Shown one piece after another: positions 15,449 through 25,694 of a DNA stretch of 64,000 nucleotides. Origin of the DNA: Candidatus Gugararchaeum adminiculabundum (GTDB lineage Archaea; Micrarchaeota; Micrarchaeia; Burarchaeales; Gugararchaeaceae). Where the stretch lies: NCBI GenBank assembly GCA_902384795.1, contig CABMDC010000012.1, forward strand, positions 71,970 to 135,969, written 5' to 3'. The first letter of the stretch is position 1, and each line of letters begins with the position of its first letter. The notes under the pieces are model-generated. The model had not been told where the DNA came from. It worked only from the letters and a program-made list of their open reading frames with translations, and searched no databases. The translations under genes and the position numbers were made by a program.

Positions 15449-17947
15449 ATGGCTGAGGAAAAAAAGGAACCAACTGGGGAAGCGGGAGCTGGCGCGGAAG
15501 CTGGAAAAACAAAAACTGGCAGCGGCGCCAATATTGTAAAAAAAGCCAGGGAACTGCTCTATGTCCCGGAAGAAAATTCGGTAAAAGAAAAACTCAAGCC
15601 TTCGCAAAGCCCCGACATAAAGAATAATGATATTTCTGCTGTTCTGGCGATTGTTGCCAAGGAGGCCGCACATATAAGGAACGTGGCCGCAAGGATAAAG
15701 ACCCTTGAATCAACCGGCAGGGAAGAGGATGAAAAAATTGCTGGCGCGCTTAAGGAAATGGGCAGGGCGGAGTTCGTCTCCCCGTTCATTGGCAATTACC
15801 TTGACCCTTCAACAACCGGGAAAAAAGAAATTGCTGCAAGAAGGAGGGCCATAGGCGAGCTTCCGGGTTTCGGGGTTTTTGCTTCTCCCGAGCCGCTTGA
15901 AAAAATTGCCAAATTTGAGCCCAGGGCGGGCGGCATGTTCAGCAAGCCTTTCAATCTTATGTTCTATGGGGCGACAGGGGCAGTCCTGTTCCTTTCAGGG
16001 ACCGCCTTTGTGGCGCTGAGCTTCATGCAGGCATCGGGCGTGTTGGCAACCGTGGGAATCGGATTTGCTGCTGCGGAAACCGGAGTCACCTATTATGTGA
16101 GAATGCTTGCGAAAAAATACCACCCCTATGTGGCCGACCATAAGCTTGCGATTAAAGCGCTGGAGCAGATGGGGGACGTGGACGCGATAAAAAGCATGAA
16201 AAGGATTTTTAATTCCACGGATTCGCTTGAGCTGAAAGCCGAGATAATCGGAGCTTTCAACAACATGCTGGAATCTCCCAAGAAAAAGCCGGGAACAGAG
16301 AAGGAGATACTGGGAATTCTGCTTTCGATCGTGGCGAACAACAAGCTGCCGCTCACGATTTCACAAAGGACCCTGGCGGTTATCAGGGGAAAAATGGACA
16401 AGTTTGAGGCAGAGCTCGGGCTCGCGGAAGTGGGAAGAATCAACGAAACGCTGGTCCTGCTTGCCAACAATTCAAAAAGACCGACCCGCACCGAAGCGGT
16501 TGAATTCGTGCTCTCGGAAATGGGAAAGGGAAAACTGGGCGTCTTCAGGGCGTTTGGAGCCTATGGGGATTACAGGAATGTCCGGAGGAATATCAGGATA
16601 GAGGCGATGAAACTTCTTGCCGAATACTGCAAGAGGAACATCAGGGCGATAGAGGACCCGGCCAGCCCGCTGGTGACCGAATACAGGCACAAATTTTCGC
16701 CTGTCTTCGCAAAGCTCGCACACCGCGATGCTGCGAAAAACAGCGCTGAATTCACCTATGACAAGCGGGTGGGCGGGGAAGCGATAAGGCTGATGAATGA
16801 GATACAGGCGACCTCTGCGAACACTGCGCCGAAAAAAGATGCGCTGCACTCAAAGATTACCGATGAGGCCGCTGGAAGAAGGGTTGGCTTTTCGAATGAG
16901 GGCGGAGTTGGCCTTGCGCCCACAGAGCCGCCGTTCAGGTATGGCGAACCAAAAATCAAGCTGCCGGAAATCATGGCGGTTGATGATGCAAGAAAAGAGG
17001 GCGCTGAAATTGGCGATGTTTCAAGGCTTCACTGGAACTATGGAGAACTAAGAAGCTACGCAAAGAAAAGCGGTGCGGACATCGGTGGACTGGTAGTTAA
17101 TATTATTGACGAGCTGAAGAAATTGTCTTCAACAAAAATTGAAGTCAGGGGCAAACAGGACAAGGTGGACGGGGAGAAGACTGCCCAGCTCGGACTGACA
17201 ATAGTTGCTGCTTTGGAAGGAATCTGGCACAAGGAGGCCACCGAGGCATTGGGAGAAATCGCGTCAAGGGCAAAGGACAATGAAATGGGAACTTCAGTCA
17301 CTCTTGCTGCTGCTGAAACCCTGAGAACAAGGCTGCAAAAATTTGAAACTAATGGCAATGCCGAGCACAACATAGCCATCCGGGAGAGCAACCTGTTTGC
17401 ATTGGGCGGGCTGATTCAGAATAAAAATGCCATTGAAGAGGTCAAGCTTGTTGCGGTAAGCACTGCAGCGGAGAATTTGCCTGACAATGATTTGAGGGCC
17501 ACGAGCGTGAGTATTCTCGTGCACGGGCTGGCGGATTCAAGCCTTGCGATCAATGAGAAAGCTCTGGACGGGCTGAAGGCGGTGTCCTATGCAGACGAGG
17601 TGCAGGAAGCGATATTCGGCTTTGTGAAACAGCATGGCGATAATAGCGAAACAAGGGTTGAGATAAGGATCAAGGGAATTGAGATATTGGAAAACGCCGA
17701 GCTTGCCAGGATTGAGAACTGCGGCAGCGTTGAGGAGCTTGATAACAAGAGCACGGCGGCAAGGGCGCTTGACTGGCTGGACAACAATATTTACAACTCA
17801 GGGGAAAATCGCAGTGTGAAGAGCGCTGCTAACATTTCAAAATCAGGCATACAGACAGCGCTGGACCTGAAGAGAGAAATCCTCAGCCCGAATACGGGAG
17901 CTGGAAATCAGAATCGAACAGGGGCCAACAGAAAATTGGAACTGTAG
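15449..17947 (+). CDS. Membrane-associated HEAT/ARM-repeat protein
   Basis: Hydrophobic hairpin near aa 170-220; repeated A-x-x-AL-x-x-I/MG helical motifs. Confidence 0.65.
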   Translation: MAEEKKEPTGEAGAGAEAGKTKTGSGANIVKKARELLYVPEENSVKEKLKPSQSPDIKNNDISAVLAIVAKEAAHIRNVAARIKTLESTGREEDEKIAGALKEMGRAEFVSPFIGNYLDPSTTGKKEIAARRRAIGELPGFGVFASPEPLEKIAKFEPRAGGMFSKPFNLMFYGATGAVLFLSGTAFVALSFMQASGVLATVGIGFAAAETGVTYYVRMLAKKYHPYVADHKLAIKALEQMGDVDAIKSMKRIFNSTDSLELKAEIIGAFNNMLESPKKKPGTEKEILGILLSIVANNKLPLTISQRTLAVIRGKMDKFEAELGLAEVGRINETLVLLANNSKRPTRTEAVEFVLSEMGKGKLGVFRAFGAYGDYRNVRRNIRIEAMKLLAEYCKRNIRAIEDPASPLVTEYRHKFSPVFAKLAHRDAAKNSAEFTYDKRVGGEAIRLMNEIQATSANTAPKKDALHSKITDEAAGRRVGFSNEGGVGLAPTEPPFRYGEPKIKLPEIMAVDDARKEGAEIGDVSRLHWNYGELRSYAKKSGADIGGLVVNIIDELKKLSSTKIEVRGKQDKVDGEKTAQLGLTIVAALEGIWHKEATEALGEIASRAKDNEMGTSVTLAAAETLRTRLQKFETNGNAEHNIAIRESNLFALGGLIQNKNAIEEVKLVAVSTAAENLPDNDLRATSVSILVHGLADSSLAINEKALDGLKAVSYADEVQEAIFGFVKQHGDNSETRVEIRIKGIEILENAELARIENCGSVEELDNKSTAARALDWLDNNIYNSGENRSVKSAANISKSGIQTALDLKREILSPNTGAGNQNRTGANRKLEL

Positions 17948-17985
17948 GGCTAACTGTAGACTGGATAAATCCTTGGGGACCACAT

Positions 17986-19809
17986 ATGCACAAGCTAAAA
18001 AAAATTGCAGTGGATTGGGAGCAGGTTCCGAAAAGCGTTGACAAAAAGCTTTTGGGCACCCCTGATTTTGCAAACAGGCTTTTCGAGGCGCTCGAGATTA
18101 CCAGAAGCGGCAGAAGCGCGGAGGTAATCGCAGGGAGAATAGTTGCGGGTAAAAAAATTATTCTTGAGATAAGGCCGCTGGAAGGGGAGAAGATAGACGC
18201 ACTGGCGCACAATGTTGCGCTGGACACGATACTTTCCTCGTTTTTTAATAATTTCACGACCAGATATGACGAGTATAAGCCTGGCCCATTCCCCTGGACG
18301 CGCGGCCTGAGGCTGAATAAATTCGCCCGCGGGATTGGACCGTGGGAAGCGAGAAAAACAGAGCAGATCGGCTCGGTCCAGTACAACAAGGTATTGTCCA
18401 AGATGGGGCTGGATGCCCATGGCCAGTTTGACATAAAAAAGAACGAGATTAGCGAAGCTGCCGCTGCTGCCAGAAAAATCGTAGATGAAATGAGGCCGAA
18501 GAAAATTGAAGCCGTTGTTGAAGTTGCCCAGGCAAGCCCAGGGCGGGTGCTAACAGTGCCGGGCGAAAATGAAGAGATTCTTGAAATTGCCGCTGAACCG
18601 GAAAAAACAGCTCCTGAGAAAAGGAGGCTGAGAATTCAACCGATAGTTGTAATGGGAATTTTCCTATTGGCAGCCGGAGTGATTTCCATATTTTCTGCTG
18701 CCCATATAGTAAACCGATTAATGCCAAGGGGCGAGAAGATGACTACAAGGAAAATTACTGCGACCGCATATGATGGAGGCAGGCGGGAAGTGGGAAATCT
18801 GGAGAAAAAAATCTCGCTAGCGATTCAAACATGGAGCACTGCCCGCAGGGTGAACAGCGAAAGGGTAGAAGCTGAGAATAACAGGCAGCGGGCAGCCGAG
18901 ACTGCTGCGGCAAGAAAGAAAGCCGAAAGGGAAGCTGCTGCTAAAAAGCGCGCAAAGGCGGATGCAGCCGTACCTAAACCCAGGGAAGTGAAGGCGCCGG
19001 CAATCGTTAAACCTAAACCACGGGTGCTGGAAAAACCGAAAGAACCGGCTCCTGAATCACCCGTACAGCCGCCTAAAATGGCAGGGCCACCTAAACCACC
19101 TGAACCAGTAAAACAGGTGACACCGCCGGAACAGGTAAAGCAGGTGAAACCATTTTTGGCGCGAATTGGCAAGAAGCCGGCGCCCAAGCCCGCGTTCGCA
19201 CAGTCGGAGATTCGCGCGGAAAAGAGAATGCTTGAAGCCGCAAGGCAGGCAAAAAGTGAGCAGGAGCTGAAGAATAAGTGCGGAGTATGGCAGAGGGCTG
19301 CGAACCGTTCTCCTAAATCTGATGTTGCCCAGGCCTGGGCAAGAACCAGGGGCCAGATTGAGAAAAGAATGTGGGAACTCAAACAGATTGAAAAAGAGCA
19401 GCAGAGACAGAAACCCAAAGTCAAGGTGAAAAATGATAGGCAAAAACTGAAGCAGCAGCCAAAGGCGAAGGAGAAAACAAAGGCAAAAACACAGGTGAAA
19501 CCGAAACATGTTAAGCAGAAAATTTCGCAAAAGCCTAAATCAGAACCGCGGAAAACAGTAACTAAACCACGGCCAGCGGCCAATCCGGAGCCTAAACCTG
19601 AACAGCCGCCAGTTGCAGCTGAAACAACAAAAGTAAAGTATTATGTTAAGCACGGAAAAGTTGTCGCATTCGTTCCGCAGAAGAATGAGGGCGGCAATTT
19701 TGTCGGCAAAAAAGGAGCGGATGGCTCGGGCAAGTGGGTTGCGATTAAGGAGCAGGATGCGTTTTCAAGCCCGGAAGCGGCCCAGGAAGCTGCCCAGGGA
19801 AAGAAGTAG
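17986..19809 (+). CDS. Single-TM protein with long Ala/Lys/Pro-rich stalk (TolA/TonB-like low complexity)
   Basis: TM IVVMGIFLLAAGVISIF followed by AAARKKAEREAAAKK and PKPPEP/KPK tracts. Confidence 0.7.
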   Translation: MHKLKKIAVDWEQVPKSVDKKLLGTPDFANRLFEALEITRSGRSAEVIAGRIVAGKKIILEIRPLEGEKIDALAHNVALDTILSSFFNNFTTRYDEYKPGPFPWTRGLRLNKFARGIGPWEARKTEQIGSVQYNKVLSKMGLDAHGQFDIKKNEISEAAAAARKIVDEMRPKKIEAVVEVAQASPGRVLTVPGENEEILEIAAEPEKTAPEKRRLRIQPIVVMGIFLLAAGVISIFSAAHIVNRLMPRGEKMTTRKITATAYDGGRREVGNLEKKISLAIQTWSTARRVNSERVEAENNRQRAAETAAARKKAEREAAAKKRAKADAAVPKPREVKAPAIVKPKPRVLEKPKEPAPESPVQPPKMAGPPKPPEPVKQVTPPEQVKQVKPFLARIGKKPAPKPAFAQSEIRAEKRMLEAARQAKSEQELKNKCGVWQRAANRSPKSDVAQAWARTRGQIEKRMWELKQIEKEQQRQKPKVKVKNDRQKLKQQPKAKEKTKAKTQVKPKHVKQKISQKPKSEPRKTVTKPRPAANPEPKPEQPPVAAETTKVKYYVKHGKVVAFVPQKNEGGNFVGKKGADGSGKWVAIKEQDAFSSPEAAQEAAQGKK

Positions 19810-19847
19810 CTGAATTGCTGATTTTCTCTCGTATTTCACCGGCACTA

Positions 19848-19866
19848 AGGGGCTTCGGCTCTTTTT
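19848..19866 (+). terminator. Hairpin plus T-tract terminator candidate
   Basis: AGGGGC-TTCG-GCTCT followed by a T run, downstream of the 17986-19809 gene. Confidence 0.45.
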
Positions 19867-19940
19867 AAAGCAAGCGAATTTCCATCCCTAGTGTAAGCAA
19901 GAGGTTTGCGCGTTTTACCAAAAAACCCGCGGTGAAATGA

Positions 19941-20192
19941 ATGAAAAAAATGGAACAGAAAGTTGAAATGAGAAATGAGCCCGAAGGGGAAAAGAAAATC
20001 GGTGAAAGGCCGGACTTCAGAATCGTCCAGCCAGAAACCGTAGAGGACGGGTCCACGGTCTTCAAAAGTGTGGGAGCCATGTGGAAAAAGACAAGCAAGA
20101 GCGGGAATGAGTTTTACACGCTCAAAATCGGGAAGCTCAAGCTGCTGGTTTTCAAGAACACGCCACGCCCGGATGGGGCGGAGAGCGCGTAA
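19941..20192 (+). CDS. DUF736-like small protein
   Basis: RPDFRIV...VGAMWKKTSKSGNEFYTLKI matches the remembered DUF736 consensus (PDyrv...iGAaW.ktsk.G..Y.S). Confidence 0.65.
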   Translation: MKKMEQKVEMRNEPEGEKKIGERPDFRIVQPETVEDGSTVFKSVGAMWKKTSKSGNEFYTLKIGKLKLLVFKNTPRPDGAESA

Positions 20193-20297
20193 TTCGTGCG
20201 GGAGGTAGAGGCAGAGAAGGCGAATCTGTCGGGGAAAGAACCGAGAGAAGAGTGTGAGAAGAAGGGGATAAACATAAATTAGAGGAAGGTGTATTAT

Positions 20298-21323
20298 ATG
20301 GCTAAGAAGAGTAATGTTGAGGAAGTTGTTATGGTGCAGGAAGTGGCTGAAATGCAGACTGCGGAAAAGGAAAAAAAACCTGAGAAAAAGGAAGTTGAGC
20401 TAGAGGATTTGCCAGGGATAGGCCCGTCTACTGCTGAAAAGCTCAGGAGAGCGGGCTATGACACTATAGTAAAGATAGCCACAAGCTCGCCCTATGAGCT
20501 GGAAGAGGTTGCTGACCTGGGAGTGGAAACCGGGAAAAGGGCGATCAGCGCTGCAAGGGATGCGTTGGAAATGGGGTATGAAAGAGCGGATAAAATCCTT
20601 GAAAGAAGGAAAGTGATTACTAGAATTACTACAGGTTCAAGCGAGCTGGATGGGCTGATTGGAGGAGGGGTTGAAACCCAGGCCATTACCGAAGCGTTTG
20701 GAAAGTTCAGCTCCGGGAAATCACAGCTGGGTTTCCAGCTGGCTGTGAATGCACAATTGCCGGTTGAGCGCGGGGGATTGGGTGGAAGCGTGCTGTTCAT
20801 TGACACTGAAAGCACTTTCAGGCCTGAGAGAATTAAGCAACTGGCCGAGGCATTGAAAATGGACCCAGACCAGGTGCTCAAGAATATTCATGTGGCTAAG
20901 GCAGTGAACTCTGACCACCAGATGCTGCTGATTGAAAAGTCCGAGGAGATTATCAAAAGGGAGAATATTAAATTGATCATCATTGACTCCCTAACCAGCC
21001 ATTTCAGGACGGATTATATTGGAAGAGGGGCGTTGAGTGAAAGGCAGCAGAAGCTGAACAAGCACATCCATGCTTTGCAAAGGCTCGCGGACCAGAATAA
21101 TCTGGCTGTTTACATTACCAACCAGGTGATGGATAACCCAGGAATCCTATTCGGTGATCCAACCACCCCGATTGGTGGCCATGTGCTGGCGCACGCTGCA
21201 ACCTACAGGTTGTACTTCAGAAAGAGCAAGGAAGAGAAGAGGATTGCCAAATTGGTAGACTCGCCTTCCATGCCTGAGGGAGAATGCGTGTTCCGAGTGA
21301 CGCCGGAAGGAGTAAGGGACTAG
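20298..21323 (+). CDS. radA: DNA repair and recombination protein RadA
   Basis: HhH LEDLPGIG, Walker [31 protein letters not shown] and PIGGHVLAH. Confidence 0.97.
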   Translation: MAKKSNVEEVVMVQEVAEMQTAEKEKKPEKKEVELEDLPGIGPSTAEKLRRAGYDTIVKIATSSPYELEEVADLGVETGKRAISAARDALEMGYERADKILERRKVITRITTGSSELDGLIGGGVETQAITEAFGKFSSGKSQLGFQLAVNAQLPVERGGLGGSVLFIDTESTFRPERIKQLAEALKMDPDQVLKNIHVAKAVNSDHQMLLIEKSEEIIKRENIKLIIIDSLTSHFRTDYIGRGALSERQQKLNKHIHALQRLADQNNLAVYITNQVMDNPGILFGDPTTPIGGHVLAHAATYRLYFRKSKEEKRIAKLVDSPSMPEGECVFRVTPEGVRD

Positions 21324-21339
21324 ATAATCCATTAAAGGA

Positions 21340-21375
21340 AAGAGGAGGGATTCGACGCTGGCTCCCTCTTTTTCT
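21340..21375 (+). terminator. Putative terminator after radA
   Basis: GAGGGA...TCCCTC stem followed by a T-rich tract. Confidence 0.45.
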
Positions 21376-21427
21376 TACTGTTTTTTAAGTTTTTTCATAC
21401 AAAATCATACTGAGAGGGTGAAACTGT

Positions 21428-21685
21428 ATGACGCATATATACGAACGGGGGCAGCTGGTGATTCCGAAATATTTCAGAAAACTTCTTGGCTGGGATAAGG
21501 GCACCGAGGTCAGATTTAATGTTGAAGGAAATAGGCTCGTGGTGGAGAAAAAAACTTTGATAGCGGACGAGATGGAAGAATTCGCAAGGGAGAATGGCGT
21601 TGACTTGAAAGGGAAGACCGACTTTGATGAGGAATATGATGAGGGCATGCGGAAGAAATACAAAAAAATGGGGTTGAAGTTTTGA
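21428..21685 (+). CDS. vapB: AbrB/MazE-type antitoxin
   Basis: ERGQLVIPKYFRKLLGWDKGTEV swapped-hairpin motif; overlaps the PIN gene. Confidence 0.88.
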   Translation: MTHIYERGQLVIPKYFRKLLGWDKGTEVRFNVEGNRLVVEKKTLIADEMEEFARENGVDLKGKTDFDEEYDEGMRKKYKKMGLKF

Positions 21686-22080
21686 TGTTCGTAGATGCTA
21701 ATATTTTCATCATTGCGGCACTGCAGGCAAGCGGGAATGGACAAAAATGCAGGGAGTTTATAAAAAAAATAGAGGCCGGGGAGCAGCGCTCAATAACTTC
21801 TGTTTTGGTTTTGGATGAAGTACTGAACAGCATTGAAATTCATACTGGGAGCAGGGTCAAGGCAAAGTCTATTGTAGAGAAAATTCTTTCAACGCAGAAT
21901 CTTGAAATCTGTGAAGTGAACATGAAACAATTTGGGAAATCGATAAAATATTTTGAGGCCGGCTTGAGGCCAAGGGATGCACTGCATGTTGCGGTGATGC
22001 TTGAGCAGGGTGTTACTACGATACTTTCATTTGACAGGGATTTTGATTCGATTCCCGCGATAAAACGGCAGGAACCGTAA
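21685..22080 (+). CDS. vapC: VapC PIN-domain toxin
   Basis: FVDANIF, VLDEV, RDALHVA and SFDRDFD motifs. Confidence 0.92.
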   Translation: MFVDANIFIIAALQASGNGQKCREFIKKIEAGEQRSITSVLVLDEVLNSIEIHTGSRVKAKSIVEKILSTQNLEICEVNMKQFGKSIKYFEAGLRPRDALHVAVMLEQGVTTILSFDRDFDSIPAIKRQEP

Positions 22081-22105
22081 AAAGCAAATGAAGAAAGAGG
22101 CTGAA

Positions 22106-22528
22106 CTACTGTTTCACTGCGCGTAGAACTTCTGTTTTTGTGACCTTGTTGTCAAAATGAGAATAGTCGCGGTAGTGCATGAAAGTAGTTACGGTGACAT
22201 TGTAGTCAGCAGGGTTGGTGGAAGTGTTGCTCCAGATTTCCACGTTCAAATTCTTGGATTCGTCCGGCTTGAACTGGCCGATGCGGAATTCTTTTCGGTG
22301 AGTTAAGCCGGTTTCATCGAACCCGAGCTGTTTTGGCAGATCGATGACTATGCTGGACATCACTGTCTGGCCCGAGATGTTGCGCACATAGGCGGTGAGA
22401 ACCGTCTTGTCCTTGCGGTTCGCGGCGAGCCTGAATGGCATTAAAGACAGGCGGATGACAAACGGGGTCTTGCCCGCAAGCTCCTTTTCATAGTCCTTCT
22501 TTCCGAGGATTGAATCTAGAAAGCCCAT
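22106..22528 (-). CDS. Hypothetical beta-sandwich (Ig-like) protein, paralog of 52290-52661
   Basis: Alternating beta pattern; aligns by eye with the 52290-52661 product. Confidence 0.7.
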   Translation of the reverse strand: MGFLDSILGKKDYEKELAGKTPFVIRLSLMPFRLAANRKDKTVLTAYVRNISGQTVMSSIVIDLPKQLGFDETGLTHRKEFRIGQFKPDESKNLNVEIWSNTSTNPADYNVTVTTFMHYRDYSHFDNKVTKTEVLRAVKQ

Positions 22529-22581
22529 GCTATAGAATCTGCTCACATAAGAATAAAAACCCTGCCAAAGTAACAGAAATC

Positions 22582-25047
22582 ATGTGCATTCTGAGAGTCG
22601 AGGGAAAGCGGGCCGTGATGGACTGCGCAGTTGACTCAATTGAAATGTTCACCAGCGACTGCGTGCACTCGCACCTCAAGGCGCTGACAACTCTTTCTGA
22701 TTTGGAGCTCAAAACCCTGCGCTACGAGGAGGAAATCATAGTCGAATACGGGGAGGAGAAAGCCAGCGTAATTTTGGAATACATCGACACCCTGAGGCAG
22801 ATTGAGGGAATTCTCCTCGATCCGACGACCTATGGAAGCACCCAGGACGAGGAATACGACAACAGGAAAAAGCTGCTCAAGCGGTTTTACGAGTATGCTT
22901 ACATGTCACCGCAGATGGCCTACCGGGTGCTCGCGGACTATAATGAGCCACAGCCCCAGCGAAGCCTTTACGTCGAAGGATGGCGGAAATTCAGGGCCTG
23001 GGTAAACGGCATTATGAAGAGCTACTCGGACACGCAGATGTACAAGATGTGCCTGAAGTTCGGGGATATCAGGAGCGTGTTCCTGGAACTCGCGAACCTG
23101 AGGAGCGCGCTTTTCCTGGAATCGCTTTTGCTAAAAGTGCCCGCGGACGCGAAGCCGCTCACAGGCAAGGATGCGGTCTATGATTTGGGTCATGGGATAA
23201 GGGCGAGAATTTACGAGCTGCCTGTGACCGAGACCTACCTTTACATTCACGAGAATCCAGAAGTCGACAACCTATCCCCGGAGCTGCAGAAAATCCTCAA
23301 GGAAGAAGTGGAAAAGGGGATGCAGGAGGCGCTGCCCGAGGGGGTGGATTTCGGCACCTATTTCGACGAAAGGACAAGGGATTTCAGGGCGCATTTCATT
23401 GACCGGGCTGAAAAGGAAAAGATAAAAATAACGCCCATGCAGGCGATGGCCATGGCACGGGAAGCATCTGCCTGGACAGTCGGCCTGGGAAGCCCGATAG
23501 AGAACATGTCCCTGGACAGGGCGAATATCACCGATGTTTATATTGACGGGGAGAACGCCCCGCTATATATAGAGCATATCAAGTTCGGCCTGTGCCACAC
23601 CTTGTGGAGATATAACAAGGCGATGATGCAGGGAGTGGTCAAGAATATCATTTCCACCACCAAGGGGACGAGGAAATTCGACCAGAATAACCCGGTTGTG
23701 GACGTGGTTCTCACAAGGCTGAATATGAGGTGCCACTTGCAACGCCCGCCAGCGACTTTCCGGGAAACCCAGGCTGCGCTGAGAATGACCAAGGAAACCC
23801 CGTTCACCTATGCGCAGTATTTGTACAACAAATCCATGAGCGCTTTCTCGGCGGGCTATGACGACTTGATGGTCACACTCGGGTGTTCCGAGGCAGTTTT
23901 GGGATTAAAGGGAGTCGGAAAAACAGCTTTTACCGCTGCGAAAGTTCTGGCAATCGGGCAGAAGAGAAGGATTCTGCCGATCCAGGATATTGAGGAAATT
24001 CCGACCATGGCTTACAGGAAAAGAGGGTTCCACATGGGCGCCATGAGGGTGCAATCCAGTGACAAGGAAGTTACCAGCAGCACTGAATTGGACCTGGTGG
24101 CCATGGCAAACGCGAGCCTGAGAATGGGAGATTCGTGCCTGATCATCAACGAAATCAGGTCACGCTTGGCAATCCAGGGGATTATCAATTTGCTGAACAC
24201 CCAGCCAGGGGTTTTCGTGCTCTACAATTTGCACGCAGAATCTTTGAGGGATGTGCAGGACAGGCTGGAACTGGTGTTCGGAGTCCCTTCTGCTTCCATG
24301 TTCACCACTGACAGGTATTCGTTCCTGAAGAAGGTGAGGTTCGGGAGAAAAGGAAGGGTCTACCGATTGCTCGGAAAGCAATATGAAACAGACCAGGAGC
24401 AGCACAAGTTTGCGGAGATATTCTCGTTCAAGAGAGGGGAATCGATTGATGACTCGAAATTGGAATGCGAATTTGTCGCAAACCCGGAGGCGAATCTCTG
24501 GGATTTGAGCGGAGTGAATATTGCGAAATTGGAAAAGGATTTGAAGGTCCATTACATTCCGCCCGCGCTTGCAAGAAGGGCGGAGGAGAGCGGCATAAAG
24601 CCGGAGCAATACATTGTGCAGGCTTTCATGAAAGGAAAAATGTACTCAACAATTACGAAGAAGGCGGTGGACAGCGGGAACAACGGTTTGCTGGAAATTG
24701 ACTTTGTGCTCAAATGCAACATGTACATGAACAAGCTTCTCAAGGAAAAGGAAAAACCGGATGGAAGCATAGATTTCGCGGAAATAGACAGGACCTGGGA
24801 AAAACAGTTCCCCTTGCTCGTGAGCGAATATGAGAGGGAAACACTGCAGGCAAAAGGCAAGCCTGAGCCCGAGAAGGCGAAGAAAGCGGCCGCTGAAGAG
24901 ATGAGCTCTGTGGAAGAGACAGGAGAGGGCGAAGAGGGAATACCTGATGCTGAAAGAGTGTCCGCTGGAACCGCCACAAGGAAACAGGAAAAGGAAAAAC
25001 CAAAAGCAACTGAAAAGGAGAAGCCTGCTGCTAAAAAGAAGAAATAA
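22582..25047 (+). CDS. Divergent type II/IV secretion (VirB11/TadA/FlaI-like) ATPase
   Basis: ITDVYIDG, Walker A GLKGVGKT, Asp box QDIEEI, SLRMGD, Walker B LIINEIR, His box LHAES; long N-terminal extension and charged tail. Confidence 0.8.
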   Translation: MCILRVEGKRAVMDCAVDSIEMFTSDCVHSHLKALTTLSDLELKTLRYEEEIIVEYGEEKASVILEYIDTLRQIEGILLDPTTYGSTQDEEYDNRKKLLKRFYEYAYMSPQMAYRVLADYNEPQPQRSLYVEGWRKFRAWVNGIMKSYSDTQMYKMCLKFGDIRSVFLELANLRSALFLESLLLKVPADAKPLTGKDAVYDLGHGIRARIYELPVTETYLYIHENPEVDNLSPELQKILKEEVEKGMQEALPEGVDFGTYFDERTRDFRAHFIDRAEKEKIKITPMQAMAMAREASAWTVGLGSPIENMSLDRANITDVYIDGENAPLYIEHIKFGLCHTLWRYNKAMMQGVVKNIISTTKGTRKFDQNNPVVDVVLTRLNMRCHLQRPPATFRETQAALRMTKETPFTYAQYLYNKSMSAFSAGYDDLMVTLGCSEAVLGLKGVGKTAFTAAKVLAIGQKRRILPIQDIEEIPTMAYRKRGFHMGAMRVQSSDKEVTSSTELDLVAMANASLRMGDSCLIINEIRSRLAIQGIINLLNTQPGVFVLYNLHAESLRDVQDRLELVFGVPSASMFTTDRYSFLKKVRFGRKGRVYRLLGKQYETDQEQHKFAEIFSFKRGESIDDSKLECEFVANPEANLWDLSGVNIAKLEKDLKVHYIPPALARRAEESGIKPEQYIVQAFMKGKMYSTITKKAVDSGNNGLLEIDFVLKCNMYMNKLLKEKEKPDGSIDFAEIDRTWEKQFPLLVSEYERETLQAKGKPEPEKAKKAAAEEMSSVEETGEGEEGIPDAERVSAGTATRKQEKEKPKATEKEKPAAKKKK

Positions 25048-25077
25048 GAAATTAGCTTTGCCTGCTCCCTAACCTAT

Positions 25078-25692
25078 TTACCTGGGCCGTATTTGAGTCT
25101 CTACTTTTACCGGTCCCCTGTCAAAAGTTGGCTTCTTCGGGGCCGGGGCAGCCGGCTCGCTTGGCTTCTTTCCCCTTGAAAGGAAAATGATTATTTCCAT
25201 TACTGCGATTATTACGCCGATGTAGGGGTAGGTGATGCCGCCGACTAGGATGGGGATTAGGAACAGGCCGATTGGAATCAGGCGGTTCTGCGCGTTGCGT
25301 GAAATATAGGCGGACAGCCCGCTTGTGGCAAGCAGGAGAATCCAGACGAAGTAGCAGGTTAGCACATTGCCGCCCCGGATGTTTGCCAGGATGCCTGCGC
25401 ACCCGCTTTTCACTCCGAGAGTAAATGGCTGCGGGCCTGCGAGCGGAAGGACGCATTCGCTTGAATCCGCATAGCCCTCAACGCACTGGGCCGAAGAGAC
25501 CGCATTTTTGCTGACCAGTTCCTTATCAGTTGCTTCGGTTGCAAAAACACAAACACTCGCATTGTTGCAATAGCCTTCTGCGCAGTCGGCTGTCACTGAG
25601 CAGGACTGACCCACTTTCTTCAGCTGCTGAGCCGAAACTAGCGAAGCCAGGAGAATTGAAAGCAATGCGAACAGAAAAATTTTCTTCATCAT
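25078..25692 (-). CDS. Secreted Cys-rich membrane-anchored protein
   Basis: Signal peptide MMKKIFLF; GQSCSVTADCAEGYC; C-terminal hydrophobic module homologous to that of the giant neighbour. Confidence 0.8.
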   Translation of the reverse strand: MMKKIFLFALLSILLASLVSAQQLKKVGQSCSVTADCAEGYCNNASVCVFATEATDKELVSKNAVSSAQCVEGYADSSECVLPLAGPQPFTLGVKSGCAGILANIRGGNVLTCYFVWILLLATSGLSAYISRNAQNRLIPIGLFLIPILVGGITYPYIGVIIAVMEIIIFLSRGKKPSEPAAPAPKKPTFDRGPVKVETQIRPR

Positions 25693-25694
25693 TT

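Noticed and set aside
21428-22080. vapBC as marker of a mobile element
   Set aside because: No integrase, transposase or att sites nearby; solitary vapBC pairs are common in archaea.
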